Shown: positions 1 through 11,209 of the stretch, in pieces
Layout: every line of letters starts with the position of its first letter
How positions within the stretch are numbered: position 1 is the stretch's first letter
Source: an uncultured Chloroflexia bacterium
GTDB taxonomy: Bacteria > Chloroflexota > Limnocylindria > Limnocylindrales > CSP1-4
Direction: 5' to 3'
Length of the DNA stretch: 64,000 nucleotides
Assembly (NCBI GenBank): GCA_963768655.1
Contig: CAVYIM010000009.1
Location: 231,440 to 295,439, forward strand
Translations under genes and position numbers: made by a program
The notes under the pieces: model-generated
The model's input: only the letters and a program-made list of their open reading frames with translations
What the model was told of the DNA's origin: nothing
The model's database searches: none

Positions 1-445
1 CTGCTGCTGGACATTCGGCTTGGGCCCGAGAACGGGCTCTCCGTCCTTCGGGGCGGCGCGCCCAGGCCGGCAATCGTCGTCCTGACCGCCTACGACTACC
101 CGCAGTACGCGGCCGCGGCGCTGCGACTCGGCGCCTCCGGCTTCGTGGTCAAGACGGCGCCGATCGCCGAGCTGGTGGACGCGATTTCGAAGGGCGGCCT
201 CGGGCGGACTCGCCTTCGGCTGCAAGCCCGACCTGTCGGCTCCGGCCCCGTTGACTCGTCGCGAGGTCGACGTCGTCCGGCTGGTCGTCGACGGCCGCAG
301 CAACGATGAGATCGGCGCGGAGCTCGGCATCGCCTCGAAGACGGTCGAGGCGCATCTGCGCCGCATGTTCGATCGGCTCGGGCTGCAGTCGCGGACGGAG
401 CTGGCTACGCGGGCCCTGCGCGAGGGCTGGCTCGAGGTGCCGTAG
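1..445 (+). CDS. NarL/LuxR-family response regulator (5'-truncated by window; one frameshift near 185)
   Basis: Frame 1 gives receiver-domain LLLDIRLG...VVLTAYD...GASGFVVKTAP. After an extra T in GCGATTTCGA, frame 2 continues RRAASGG...LTRREVDVVRLVVDGRSNDEIGAELGIASKTVEAH (LuxR HTH). Confidence 0.85.
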
Positions 446-473
446 GCCCCGGGGCGGCGCTTGGTGCGGGGGT

Positions 474-661
474 TTGCCCAATACCGCTGGGGGCGATGCT
501 ACGCGACCAGCCTGCTCCCGATCGAGCGGCGAAAGGCCGAGTCCGGCCGATCGGCGCCCGTCTGAGCGCGGGAGTAAGCCGCGGAAGGCTAACCAGCCTA
601 AGATCCTGTGGATGGAGCCGGAGACCGCGTCCCTGGTACCGCCCGGGGCCCTATTGGGCAA
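474..661 (+). ncRNA. Candidate structured non-coding RNA (~188 nt), family unassigned
   Basis: Nested complementary segments: TTGCCCAATA/TATTGGGCAA (474-483/652-661), GGGCG/CGCCC, ACGCG/CGCGT, TGCTCCCG/CGGGAGTA, CGGC-GAAAG-GCCG, AGGCT-AACC-AGCCT. Lies between convergent genes; G-U pairs favour the + strand. Confidence 0.5.
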
Positions 662-753
662 GAAGGAGCCGTGCGGCCGCCCTCCGCGCGGCGGCCGTGC
701 GCGGCAAGGGCGCCGCGCCGCCCCGCGCCGTGGGCCCGCTCTCGCGCCGTTCG

Positions 754-2019
754 CTACTTGAGCGCCTCGGCCAGAAGTGCCGTCAGCTGATCCCACTCCA
801 CCAGGAACGCGTCGTGGCCCTTCGTGGAGTGGATCTCGCGGTAGGCGGCGTCCATGCCCGCCGCCGTCGCGGCCTTCACCATCTCCTGCACCTGGGTCGT
901 GCCGTAGAGGATGTCGCCTTCGATGCCGACGCCGGTCAAGCGCGTCCCGTAGGCGGCCAGCCGCTGCAGAGCGGCAACCGCACCGCCGCGGTCGCGGCCG
1001 ATGTCGTGCGTGTCCATCGCCCACACGAGCGTGCGGTACGTGTCCTCGTCGAAGCGCTCGAGCAGCTTTCGGCCCTGGTGGCGAAGATAGCTGACAATCG
1101 AGGGCGTGCCGTCGGGCTCGACGCGCCCGGCGAAGCGCTGCTCGAAGTCGATCTCGCTGCGGTAGGTCGTGATGGCCAGCTGCCGGGCCAGGTCCAGGCC
1201 CTCCAGGCCGAGCTTGTCGATGATCTCGAGCTGGATGTTGTCCCAGCCCACCGCGAGCTGGCCGATCCGAGCGGGCGCGGCGATCGGCACGACGCGACTG
1301 ACCTCGCCGGGCCGCTCGAGGGCAACCTCCAGCGCGACCATGCCCCCGAGCGACCCGCCCACCGCCAGAGCGAGCTTGCCGATCCCCAGCGCGTCGAGCA
1401 GCCGCCACTGGGCGCGGGCTTGATCCCGGACCGTGACCCTGGGAAAGGCCCGACCGTAGGGCTTGCCGGTCACGGCGTTCCGTGAGATCGGGCCGCTGGT
1501 GCCGTACCGGCTGCCCAGCAGGTTCATGCAGATGACGCCGAACTTGTCCGTATCGAGCACCTGGCCGGGGCCGATGAGCGGCGCCCACCAGTCGCCGGCG
1601 GCGTCCGCCGAGCCGGTGAGGGCGTGGACGACCAGGATCTGGCGCCCTTCGCCGATCGGGACGCCGTCGTGGCGGTAGGCCGCGACCAGGTCCGGCAGGA
1701 CCGCACCGGACTCGAGCGCGAAACGGCCCAGCCAGCGAGAGACGATCTTGCCGGTCTGCGGGTCGCTCGATTTGTCCACGTCGTTCAGGCTACGAAAACC
1801 GGGGTCGGCGCGTGCGGTCGAAACGCCGGGATCGGCGGCGATGAAACCCGATTCGCCGCGCCGATTGCCCTCGTCGCCCGCAGCCGAGACTGGCGACTCG
1901 GGCGCGCCGAGCCCCGCGGGGGACCCGGCGCGCGTAGATTCGACTCCGATGGCGGCTCCGGTGGGCGCGGGCCGGCCGCGCACCTCCGAGATCCATCGAA
2001 TTGCCGGTTTCGATTTCAT
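754..2019 (-). CDS. metX: Homoserine O-acetyltransferase (start uncertain; conserved part begins ~1780)
   Basis: ILVVHALTG, DWWAPLIGPG, nucleophile motif GGSLGGM, C-terminal GHDAFLVE; immediately downstream of metY. Confidence 0.9.
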   Translation of the reverse strand: MKSKPAIRWISEVRGRPAPTGAAIGVESTRAGSPAGLGAPESPVSAAGDEGNRRGESGFIAADPGVSTARADPGFRSLNDVDKSSDPQTGKIVSRWLGRFALESGAVLPDLVAAYRHDGVPIGEGRQILVVHALTGSADAAGDWWAPLIGPGQVLDTDKFGVICMNLLGSRYGTSGPISRNAVTGKPYGRAFPRVTVRDQARAQWRLLDALGIGKLALAVGGSLGGMVALEVALERPGEVSRVVPIAAPARIGQLAVGWDNIQLEIIDKLGLEGLDLARQLAITTYRSEIDFEQRFAGRVEPDGTPSIVSYLRHQGRKLLERFDEDTYRTLVWAMDTHDIGRDRGGAVAALQRLAAYGTRLTGVGIEGDILYGTTQVQEMVKAATAAGMDAAYREIHSTKGHDAFLVEWDQLTALLAEALK

Positions 2020-2042
2020 GGGGCTACTTGACGCTGCCACGC

Positions 2043-3545
<1,503 letters not shown>

Positions 3546-3576
3546 TCAGCTCAGTGGCGCGTCCAACGCCGGAGCC

Positions 3577-3687
3577 TCAGACCCCGTCCTCCGCACTTCG
3601 GGGCCGCCCGGGCATGGACATCATGGAACCGCGCAGGCACGAGGCCTGGCGCGAGTTCTCCCGGTGGCGCGAAGTGCGGGCGTTCAT
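3577..3687 (-). CDS. Putative 36-aa leader peptide MNARTSRHRENSRQASCLRGSMMSMPGRPRSAEDGV
   Basis: ATG at 3687, TGA at 3579-3577; ATG-ATG-TCC-ATG at 3624-3613; -10-like TATGCT just upstream; terminator 47 nt downstream of the stop. Confidence 0.65.
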   Translation of the reverse strand: MNARTSRHRENSRQASCLRGSMMSMPGRPRSAEDGV

Positions 3688-3756
3688 TGGCCGCGAAGCA
3701 TAGGGGCTCCGCGGCCAATTGCGCAAGCTGTTCGGTTGCGAGCGCCGCGCCGCGGT

Positions 3757-4962
3757 CTACTCGTATCGAAGAGCGACGACGGGGTCGAGCCGGGCGGCCT
3801 GGCTGGCAGGCCAGACACCGAAGACGACGCCCACGAGAAGGCTGAAGCCGACCGCGGCCACGACCGTGATCGGATTGAAGACGAAGCCCCAGCCGGCGTA
3901 GATGCCGATGCCGAATGAGGCCAGGACCCCGAAGAAGATGCCGATCACGCCGCCGGCGAGCGAGAGCGCCAGGGCCTCGACCAGGAACTGGGAAAGGATG
4001 TCGCGACCGCGGGCCCCGATGGCCTTTCGGATGCCGATCTCGCGGGTCCGCTCGCGGACCGAGACGAGCATGATGTTCATGATCCCGATGCCGCCCACGA
4101 GAAGCGAGATCGAGGCGATGCCCGCCAGGAGCAGCGTCAGGACGTCGCTGACAGAGCTGACCGTGCCCAACAGCTGGGCCTGGGTCGTGATCGAGAAGTC
4201 GGCCGTCTCGGCCGCGGTGATGCCGTGGCGCTGGTCGAGCAAGGCCGTGATCTCGGCCGAGACGGTGTTGATGTCGTCCTGGCTCGCGGCACTGACGCCG
4301 ATCGTCGACACGCTGGAGCTGCCCACGAACAGCTCCTGCATGGTCGAGAGCGGCACGATGACCTCGTCGTCCTGGGTGCCGGTCCCGCCCTTGGACTGCA
4401 TGATCCCGATGAGATCGAACGGCAGGCCGCCGATGTAGATGGTCGAGCCTATCGAGGAGCTGGTGAGATCGAGGTTGTCGGCCGTCGCGCCGCCGATGAC
4501 CGCGACCCGCAGGTTGGCATCGACCGAGGCCTGGTTGAGGAAGGCGCCGGTCCACATGTCGTAGGCGAAGACCGAGAGATAGCCCGGGGTCGTGCCGATG
4601 ATGCGGGCGGTCTCGTTCTGGGTGCCCGCGATCACGAGCTTGGAGGTGGTCAGCTCGGGGGCGACGTATTGGACCCCCGACAGGCCGGCGATGGCGGATC
4701 CGTCGTCGATGGTGAGGGTCGTGGCCGAGCCGAAGGAGCCGCGCGTGGCCGAGCCACGCGAGAAGCCCGGGCTGACCGTGAGCAGGTTGGTGCCCAGGGC
4801 GTTGAGCTGGTTGCTGATGCCCTTGGTGGCACCCTGGGCGACGCTGACCAGGGCGACGACGCTGGCCACGCCGATGATGATGCCGAGCATCGTGAGCGCG
4901 GTCCGCAGCTTGCCGGTGCCCAATCGGCCGATGGCCAGGCGGAGCAGGTCGATGAGCCTCAT
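3757..4962 (-). CDS. MacB/FtsX-like ABC transporter permease
   Basis: RTALTMLGIIIGVASVV and GGIGIMNIMLVSVRERTREIGIRKAIGA motifs; start overlaps the ATPase stop. Confidence 0.93.
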   Translation of the reverse strand: MRLIDLLRLAIGRLGTGKLRTALTMLGIIIGVASVVALVSVAQGATKGISNQLNALGTNLLTVSPGFSRGSATRGSFGSATTLTIDDGSAIAGLSGVQYVAPELTTSKLVIAGTQNETARIIGTTPGYLSVFAYDMWTGAFLNQASVDANLRVAVIGGATADNLDLTSSSIGSTIYIGGLPFDLIGIMQSKGGTGTQDDEVIVPLSTMQELFVGSSSVSTIGVSAASQDDINTVSAEITALLDQRHGITAAETADFSITTQAQLLGTVSSVSDVLTLLLAGIASISLLVGGIGIMNIMLVSVRERTREIGIRKAIGARGRDILSQFLVEALALSLAGGVIGIFFGVLASFGIGIYAGWGFVFNPITVVAAVGFSLLVGVVFGVWPASQAARLDPVVALRYE

Positions 4963-5657
4963 TGCAGCACCGCCTCGGCGAGCTGGCCGTCGCGGATGTG
5001 GACGCCGCGATCGGCCGCCGTGGCGACGTCGATGTCGTGGGTGATGAGCACGATCGTGCGACCCAGGGCATGGAGATCCTTGAAGAGCGAGAGCACCTCG
5101 GCCCCGGAGTGGGAGTCGAGGTTGCCGGTCGGCTCGTCGGCGAGGATCAACGCCGGCTCGGTCACGAGGGCCCGGGCGATGCCGACGCGCTGCTGCTGGC
5201 CGCCCGAGAGCTCGGAGGGCTCGTGGCCGAGGCGATCGCCCAGACCGAGACGCTCCAGGGCCGCCTGGGCCTTTCGGAGCCGCTCGCGGCGGCCGACGCC
5301 CTGGTACATCAGGGGCGCGGCCACGTTCTCCAGAGCGCTCGTGCGCGGCAGCAGGTTGTAGCTCTGGAACACGAACCCGATGGAGCGGCTCCGGACAAAG
5401 GCGAGACCGTCGTCGGATAGCTCGTCGACGGGCTGGCCGTCGAGAACGTAGCGACCGCTGGTCGGCCGGTCGAGACATCCGAGGATGTTCATCATGGTCG
5501 ACTTGCCAGAGCCCGAGGGGCCGATGATGGCCATGAACTCACCCCTGGCGACCGTCAGGTTGACGTCCACCAGGGCCGGCACCTGGACCTTGCCGGTGTC
5601 GTATATGCGGCTGATGCCTTCGAGTTCGATGATCGGCTCGACCGCGTTGGCGCTCAT
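4959..5657 (-). CDS. ABC transporter ATP-binding protein (LolD/MacB type)
   Basis: Walker A GPSGSGKST, signature LSGGQQQRV, Walker B ILADEPTGNLD. Confidence 0.95.
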   Translation of the reverse strand: MSANAVEPIIELEGISRIYDTGKVQVPALVDVNLTVARGEFMAIIGPSGSGKSTMMNILGCLDRPTSGRYVLDGQPVDELSDDGLAFVRSRSIGFVFQSYNLLPRTSALENVAAPLMYQGVGRRERLRKAQAALERLGLGDRLGHEPSELSGGQQQRVGIARALVTEPALILADEPTGNLDSHSGAEVLSLFKDLHALGRTIVLITHDIDVATAADRGVHIRDGQLAEAVLQ

Positions 5658-7150
5658 GGCACGAACCCGCCGGGGCCGCCGCCGGTCAACGCATTGAGAT
5701 TGACTCCGCCGCTGGTTGTCGTCGTGGTTCCGCTTCGGGTGGAGGACGACCCGACGACCACGGTGTCACCCTCGCTCAGGCCGCTCGTGATCTGGACGTA
5801 GGAAGTCGTAACGACGCCGACCTGAACCGCGACGCTACTTGTGCTTCCATCGGCATTCACGAGCTCGACGGTGTAGCCGCTCGCGGCGGAGCCCGACAGG
5901 GCCGTCGCGGGCACGCGCAGGGCGTTGTCGACAGAGGCTGTCGTGACCGTTACGGTCGCGCTCATGCCCGCCAGAACCGTGGCGGGCGGATCGGTGAGGG
6001 TGACCGTGACCGCGTAGGTCGCCACGCTGCTACCGCTGCCGCCGCTCGAAGACGAGGAAGACGCCACGGGCACGATCTGGGTCAGGGTTCCGGGCACCGT
6101 CACGTCGGGACCGGTGATCAAGGCGGTCGCGGTTTGCCCGACCGCGAGGCCGGTGATGGCCGACTCGGCGAAGCTGGCCGTGGCCACCATGGGCCCGACG
6201 GACTCCTCGATGGCATAGCCGCTCGGGGCGCTGACGCCGGGCAGGATGTTGACCGCGGTGATGAGGCCATCTGCCGGGGCCACCAGCGTGGCGTCGGTCA
6301 CGGCCAGCTGAGCGGCATTGACGGCCGCCTGGTCCGAGGCTACCTGGGCCTGGTCGGCCGTGATCGTGGCGCTGGCTGTGGCAGCGGTGCTGTTCTGGTA
6401 CTGCAGCTTGGCCGCGGCTTCGCTGAGCGATGCGCTCGTGACTTGCTGGGCGGCCTGCTGGTTCGATTGGCTGACCTTGAGCCTGGTCGTAGTCAGGTTC
6501 GACTGCGCTTGCGCGAGAGACGCCTGGTTCTGGGACGTGGGAGCGGCTTTGTATGCCGCCTGTGCGGCCGTGACCGCTGCCTCTGCCTGGCTCAGGGTCA
6601 GCGAGTTCTGCTGACTCGTGATCTTCTGGTTGGCGACCGCCTGGCTGTAGCTGTTCTCCGACTGGCTGAGCTGGTTACTCGCCTGGGCCTTGGTCAGTGC
6701 GGTCGGACCGGCCTGGTCTGTCGTCAGCTTGGACTGGGCGGAGGCGAGCGTGGCCTGAGCCGATGCCAGCGCGAGCTGCGCCGCCGTGGAGTCCGCCGTC
6801 GCCAGGGTCGTACCCTTGGTCACGCTCTGACCAACCGTCACCGCCACGGTCAGCACGGGCCAGGTCAGGGATCCCGACGAAGCGCTGCTACTGCCGGTCG
6901 AGCCGCCCACGCCGGACGTGGTGGCGACCGAACTCGCGATGACCGGCGCAACGCCGAAGCTGAGCCCGTAGACCGTGCTGGCCGAGATCGTCCCGGTGGC
7001 GACGGAAGTGGCGCTAACCGTGCCGGTCGTGACCGTGGATGTGGTGTATGCAGAGCTTGACGATCCTCCGAAGGCGGGGCCGACAACCGTCAGGACGACG
7101 GCTCCCACTCCCACGAGGATCAGTGCTATTGATGCCAGTCTCAGCTTCAT
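5654..7150 (-). CDS. HlyD/MacA-like efflux periplasmic adaptor subunit
   Basis: N-terminal TM, lipoyl-like halves (VTVGQSVTKG...LVAPADGLIT), long Ala/Gln coiled coil, GMSATVTV, VQITSGLSEGDTVV; first gene of the ABC operon. Confidence 0.85.
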   Translation of the reverse strand: MKLRLASIALILVGVGAVVLTVVGPAFGGSSSSAYTTSTVTTGTVSATSVATGTISASTVYGLSFGVAPVIASSVATTSGVGGSTGSSSASSGSLTWPVLTVAVTVGQSVTKGTTLATADSTAAQLALASAQATLASAQSKLTTDQAGPTALTKAQASNQLSQSENSYSQAVANQKITSQQNSLTLSQAEAAVTAAQAAYKAAPTSQNQASLAQAQSNLTTTRLKVSQSNQQAAQQVTSASLSEAAAKLQYQNSTAATASATITADQAQVASDQAAVNAAQLAVTDATLVAPADGLITAVNILPGVSAPSGYAIEESVGPMVATASFAESAITGLAVGQTATALITGPDVTVPGTLTQIVPVASSSSSSGGSGSSVATYAVTVTLTDPPATVLAGMSATVTVTTASVDNALRVPATALSGSAASGYTVELVNADGSTSSVAVQVGVVTTSYVQITSGLSEGDTVVVGSSSTRSGTTTTTSGGVNLNALTGGGPGGFVP

Positions 7151-7250
7151 TCATTCATGCCTCTCGTGTCTCGTCTAGTCGCCTGTGCCCGTGGTGAAAC
7201 CGCGGGAGCCACCGGCCGACCAGACTCGCTCGTCGCCAGCGTCGATCCGC

Positions 7251-7284
7251 AGCTTCCTTCGCCGATGCTGTCGAATTGGTTACG
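7251..7284 (-). promoter_or_regulatory. Copy of shared regulatory motif CGTAA-N6-CGAMAG-N11-(-10)
   Basis: Minus strand CGTAA ccaatt CGACAG catcggcgaag GAAGCT; same spacing as copies at 30674, 32991 and 35301. Confidence 0.6.
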
Positions 7285-7432
7285 GCGCCGAGTTGGCGCG
7301 CGACCCGTTGCTCGTGCGCGCGCGGCCCGCGCGGCCCGCCCGACGGCGCGGCTCGCCCGCACGCGCGGCTATGCGGCAGCGGGCTCGACGGCCGTCAGAG
7401 CCGACCCGCCGAGAACTCGTCTGGGTGGCCGA

Positions 7433-8062
7433 TCAGGTCTGCCGGCCCGCTGGCGTCTCGTCCCGGATCGTGCCGAGAAGATCGAGCGCACGACGGATCC
7501 GCCACTCGTGGCCGGCCCGTTCGCGAGCCGCCGGATCCTCCTGCGACTGGGCATGCTGCTCGAGCTCGAAGGCGTCGGACCAGATCCGCTCCCACGCCGG
7601 GCGATGCTTCGGGGGCACGAGGTCAGTCGCTCTCTCGTGCCAGTGCTCGATACGGCCGAGCAAGTCTTTCGAACGACTGCCGGAGGCGGAAGCCTGGGAG
7701 TCCTTCGGTTCCGTGAGGGCCGCGGCGAGATCGTCCCCGTCCCGCCGAACCCCCTCCAGCCGAGCCGCCACGTCCCCGAAAAGCCCGCTCCGAGCTACTC
7801 GCGGGTCGCGCACCCACCGGCGCAGGATGACTGCCGCGACCAGCATCGCGACGACGCCGACGGCGATGAGCACCGCGGCCGCGACGCCGCCGATCGCCGG
7901 TCGCGCCGCAGCCACAAATCCGGCCACGGCACTCACGAACCCGCCCGAACCGCCGGCAACCAGGATGAACACGAGGGCGACGCCCCGTATCTGGGCGAGC
8001 AGGACGAGAAGGTCCCAGATCGGCCTGACCCTGACCGGTAGTCGCCGTCGCATCGATCCCAT
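7433..8062 (-). CDS. Hypothetical membrane protein
   Basis: Two hydrophobic N-terminal segments followed by a soluble helical domain; no recognised family. Confidence 0.55.
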   Translation of the reverse strand: MGSMRRRLPVRVRPIWDLLVLLAQIRGVALVFILVAGGSGGFVSAVAGFVAAARPAIGGVAAAVLIAVGVVAMLVAAVILRRWVRDPRVARSGLFGDVAARLEGVRRDGDDLAAALTEPKDSQASASGSRSKDLLGRIEHWHERATDLVPPKHRPAWERIWSDAFELEQHAQSQEDPAARERAGHEWRIRRALDLLGTIRDETPAGRQT

Positions 8063-8120
8063 GCCGCCTCCTGTAGACGGTCATGCTAGCGTCCCTGGGC
8101 CGCGCGCCCTCAGGGCGCCC

Positions 8121-8606
8121 TCAGCGTCCCTGAACCGCGGGACCGCCGTTCTCAGTTGCGGGGCCCAGTTCCATGCCGGGCGCCTCATCCGGCCGCGCCC
8201 GGAAGCCGAGTGCCTCGTAGAACGGCCGCTTCCCCGTGGCGCAGAAGAGCTGGATCTGATCGATGCCCGCGTCGCGGCAGCGCCGCACGAGGCGACGCAC
8301 GACCTCGCTGCCGATACCGCGGCCCTGCCAGGCTGGATCGACGATGACCTCGACGATCAGGGCGTGGAGAGCCCCGTCCGAGATGGTCCGGCCCATGCCG
8401 ACGAGCAGAGTCCCGTCGTAGGCGCAGACGGCGTGCCAGGTCGACGCCAGCGCGCCGGCCAGCTGGTCGTCCGTGAGCGCCGTCTCCCAGCCGGTCGAGG
8501 CGTACAGCCGGAGGAAGCCCTCCCTCGACGGAGTCGCCTCGCGATACTCGATCGACCGCTCGGCGCCGTCCGTCGGACCTGTGGGCGTCACGACCGCGAC
8601 GTCCAT
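8121..8606 (-). CDS. GNAT family N-acetyltransferase
   Basis: LVGMGRTISDG, acetyl-CoA motif VDPAWQGRGIG, FYEALGF. Confidence 0.9.
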   Translation of the reverse strand: MDVAVVTPTGPTDGAERSIEYREATPSREGFLRLYASTGWETALTDDQLAGALASTWHAVCAYDGTLLVGMGRTISDGALHALIVEVIVDPAWQGRGIGSEVVRRLVRRCRDAGIDQIQLFCATGKRPFYEALGFRARPDEAPGMELGPATENGGPAVQGR

Positions 8607-8831
8607 GCGAATGGCGCGACGCTACCGTCCACTTCCACGAACTGCCTGGAGCTCACCGCAACCTCCATCCAGTCGGGCGACCCACCGCCGAGTCCGCCGC
8701 CGTCTTCGGCCCTCGCCGCCTGTGGCCTCGACGCCCGACCCGGCGGAAGGCGCCTCGGCCGTTTGCGGTTAGTATCGAGCAGTCGGTATGCGTGCGAAGG
8801 AACCAATGAGCAGACCCATGCCGCCGTACCG

Positions 8832-9640
8832 ATGGCCGCCCACGTCGGCACCCGCAGCGGAGCAGTTCACGCCGTGGAGCGCGCCAGGCCGGCCATCAGG
8901 AAAGTTCCGGAGGTCACGGTCTACTTCTGGGTGATCAAGGTGTTGACCACCGCGATGGGCGAGGCGACTTCGGACTACCGGTCCACAGGTTCGATCCCGT
9001 GATCGTGGTTCCCCTGGTTGGCATCGCCCTGACAGCCGCGCTGCTCCTGCAGCTGGTGGCGCCACGGTACGTGGCCCCGATCTACTGGCTGGCCGTGGTA
9101 ATGGTCGCCATGTTCGGAACGATGGCTGCCGATACGCTGCATGTCGGGCTGGGCATCCCGTATCTCGTGTCGACAACGCTCTTCGCCGTTTCCCTGGCGG
9201 TCATCTTCATGGCCTGGCACGGGACCGAGAAGACCCTGTCGATCCACAGCATCAACACCCACCGCCGCGAGACTTTCTACTGAGCAGCCGTCCTGGCGAC
9301 GTTGGCGCTCGGCACGGCCGCCGGCGACATGACCGCCACGACCGTCGGCTTGGGTTACTTCGGCTCGGGCGTGATGTTCGCCGTGCCGTTCGTGCTGCCG
9401 GCGCTGGCCTACGGGCTGCTCGACCTCATCGCGATCCTCGCCTTCTGGATCGCCTACATCCTGACCCGGCCGCTCGGCGCTTCGTTCGCGGATTGGGTGG
9501 GGAGAGCGCGGAACCTGAGCGGCCTCGGGCTGGGCACGGGAGAGGTCGGCGTCGCCCTGACGATCGTGATCGTCCTCCTCCTCGGCTACCTCACGATCAC
9601 CCGCAAGGACGTCAGGGGCGAGGACGGCACGCTCGGCTGA
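8832..9640 (+). pseudogene. DUF347/COG4705-type membrane protein, disrupted (frameshift ~8975-9000, in-frame TGA 9281-9283)
   Basis: KVPEVTVYFWVIKVLTTAMGEATSD; YWLAVVMVAMFGTMAAD; RRETFY*AAVLATLALGTAAGD; FWIAYILTRPLGASFADW. Confidence 0.8.
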
Positions 9641-9802
9641 CCGGGTCGATTGCGAGTGCCACGGCCAAGGCGCCGGCAACGGTCGCGCGTGGGACGGCAG
9701 CCGGGCTGGCCCGACGAGTGGGCAGTTGAGCTCGGAGGCTCTACTCCCAACCGACCTCCGACCTCGCTCGCGGGGCCGCCTCGAATCCGGATGCACGGGA
9801 CC

Positions 9803-11209
9803 TCACGGCTGGTACAGCTCCGCTGACGGGAGCGCCAGAGCAGTTACCATTCCGGGTCCCGGCGGGGTTGTCCCGTCGGCGCCGCCGGCGATAAGGACGC
9901 GACCGTCGGGGAGCAGAGTCGCCGTCTGGAGTTGACGCGCGCTTGCCATTGAGCCGCCTGGGCTAAACGTCCCGGTCTTCGGGTCATACAGCTCGGCAGA
10001 GGCCAGGATGTTGGCCGCGAGAGAGTCGTCCGCGGCATCGGCGCCGCCAGCGATGAGGACCCGGCCGTCGGGTAGGAGCGTGGCGGTGTGGCCATCACGG
10101 ACCGTCGCCATCGAGCCTGTCGGGCTGAACGTGCCGGTCTGCGGGTCATACAACTCGGCCGAGGCGAGGATGTTGCCGTTGCTACCGAAGCCGCCGGCGA
10201 TGAGCACGCGACCGTCGGGTAGCAGCGTGGCGGTGTGGCCTGCCCGAGCCGTGGTCATGGAGCCAGTCAACGTGAATTTGCCGGTTGCCGGGTCGTACAG
10301 CTCGGCCGATGCGAGCGGCGTCGAGCCGTGCTGCGTCGGGACAGAGCCTCCGGCAACAAGAACGCGGCCGTCCGGTAGCAGAGTGGCGGTGGGGCCGTCG
10401 CGGGCGGTTCTCATCGAGCCGGTCAGGCTGAACTTGCCCGTCTTGGGGTCATACAGCTCCGCTGTGGCGATGGCCTTCGAGCCAAGGTCGTAGACCGATC
10501 CGCCGACGAGGAGGACGCGGCCGTCGGGCAGCAGCGTCGCGGCCTGGTCGTAGCGTCTGACTTTCATCGAGCCGGTCAGGCTGAACCTGCCCGTCTGGGG
10601 GTCGTACAGCTCGGCCGAGTAGCCACGCTCTAAGACGTCCCCTATGCCGCTCCCGCCGGCGACAAGAACGCGGCCGTCAGCGAGCAGCGTGGCGGTCGGG
10701 CTGATGTGCGGGTAGACCATCGGGCCCGTCGGGCTGAACGTGCCGGTTGCGGGGTCATATAGCTCGGCAGAAGCCGACTCCCCGCCCGAGGCATCCTGGC
10801 CCCCGGCGATGAGGACGCGGCCGTCGGCGAGCAGCGTCGCCGAATGATCGAATCGCCCGGTGGTCATCGAGCTTGTTGGACGGAAGCGAGATGCGGCTGT
10901 CGGTGACTGCGCGAGAAGCGTAGGAGTCGGACCGGCTGTCGGTGATTCGCCACGCGAGCCCCCAGGCGGCACGGTGTTGAGTCGCGGCAACGCCCCCACG
11001 AAGAAGGTTGCCGCAGCCACGACTGCAAGGAGTGTCGCCGCCGTAACTGCGAGGCGCAGGCTCCCGCCGAACCGGCGGCTGCGGCGGACACGATGAGGGT
11101 GCTCGGTCGGCACAGCCGCTACCCATGAGCGAAGCGTCGAGGGCGCCGGGTGATCGGCAATTCGTCGCGCCGCCTCGCGCACCTCGCGCTCGAACTGCTC
11201 GTCGTTCAT
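9803..11209 (-). CDS. Membrane-anchored kelch-repeat protein (putative anti-sigma factor)
   Basis: Short cytoplasmic N-terminus, one TM, Pro/Thr linker, seven ATLL(P/A)DGRVLxxGG...SAELYDP repeats; start overlaps the sigma-factor stop. Confidence 0.85.
   Translation of the reverse strand: MNDEQFEREVREAARRIADHPAPSTLRSWVAAVPTEHPHRVRRSRRFGGSLRLAVTAATLLAVVAAATFFVGALPRLNTVPPGGSRGESPTAGPTPTLLAQSPTAASRFRPTSSMTTGRFDHSATLLADGRVLIAGGQDASGGESASAELYDPATGTFSPTGPMVYPHISPTATLLADGRVLVAGGSGIGDVLERGYSAELYDPQTGRFSLTGSMKVRRYDQAATLLPDGRVLLVGGSVYDLGSKAIATAELYDPKTGKFSLTGSMRTARDGPTATLLPDGRVLVAGGSVPTQHGSTPLASAELYDPATGKFTLTGSMTTARAGHTATLLPDGRVLIAGGFGSNGNILASAELYDPQTGTFSPTGSMATVRDGHTATLLPDGRVLIAGGADAADDSLAANILASAELYDPKTGTFSPGGSMASARQLQTATLLPDGRVLIAGGADGTTPPGPGMVTALALPSAELYQP

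Noticed and set aside
9281-9283. TGA recoding (Trp or selenocysteine)
   Set aside because: TGA is used as a normal stop throughout the window and the same gene also has a frameshift.
9850-10870. Regularly spaced DNA repeats (~150 bp period)
   Set aside because: Explained by kelch protein repeats.
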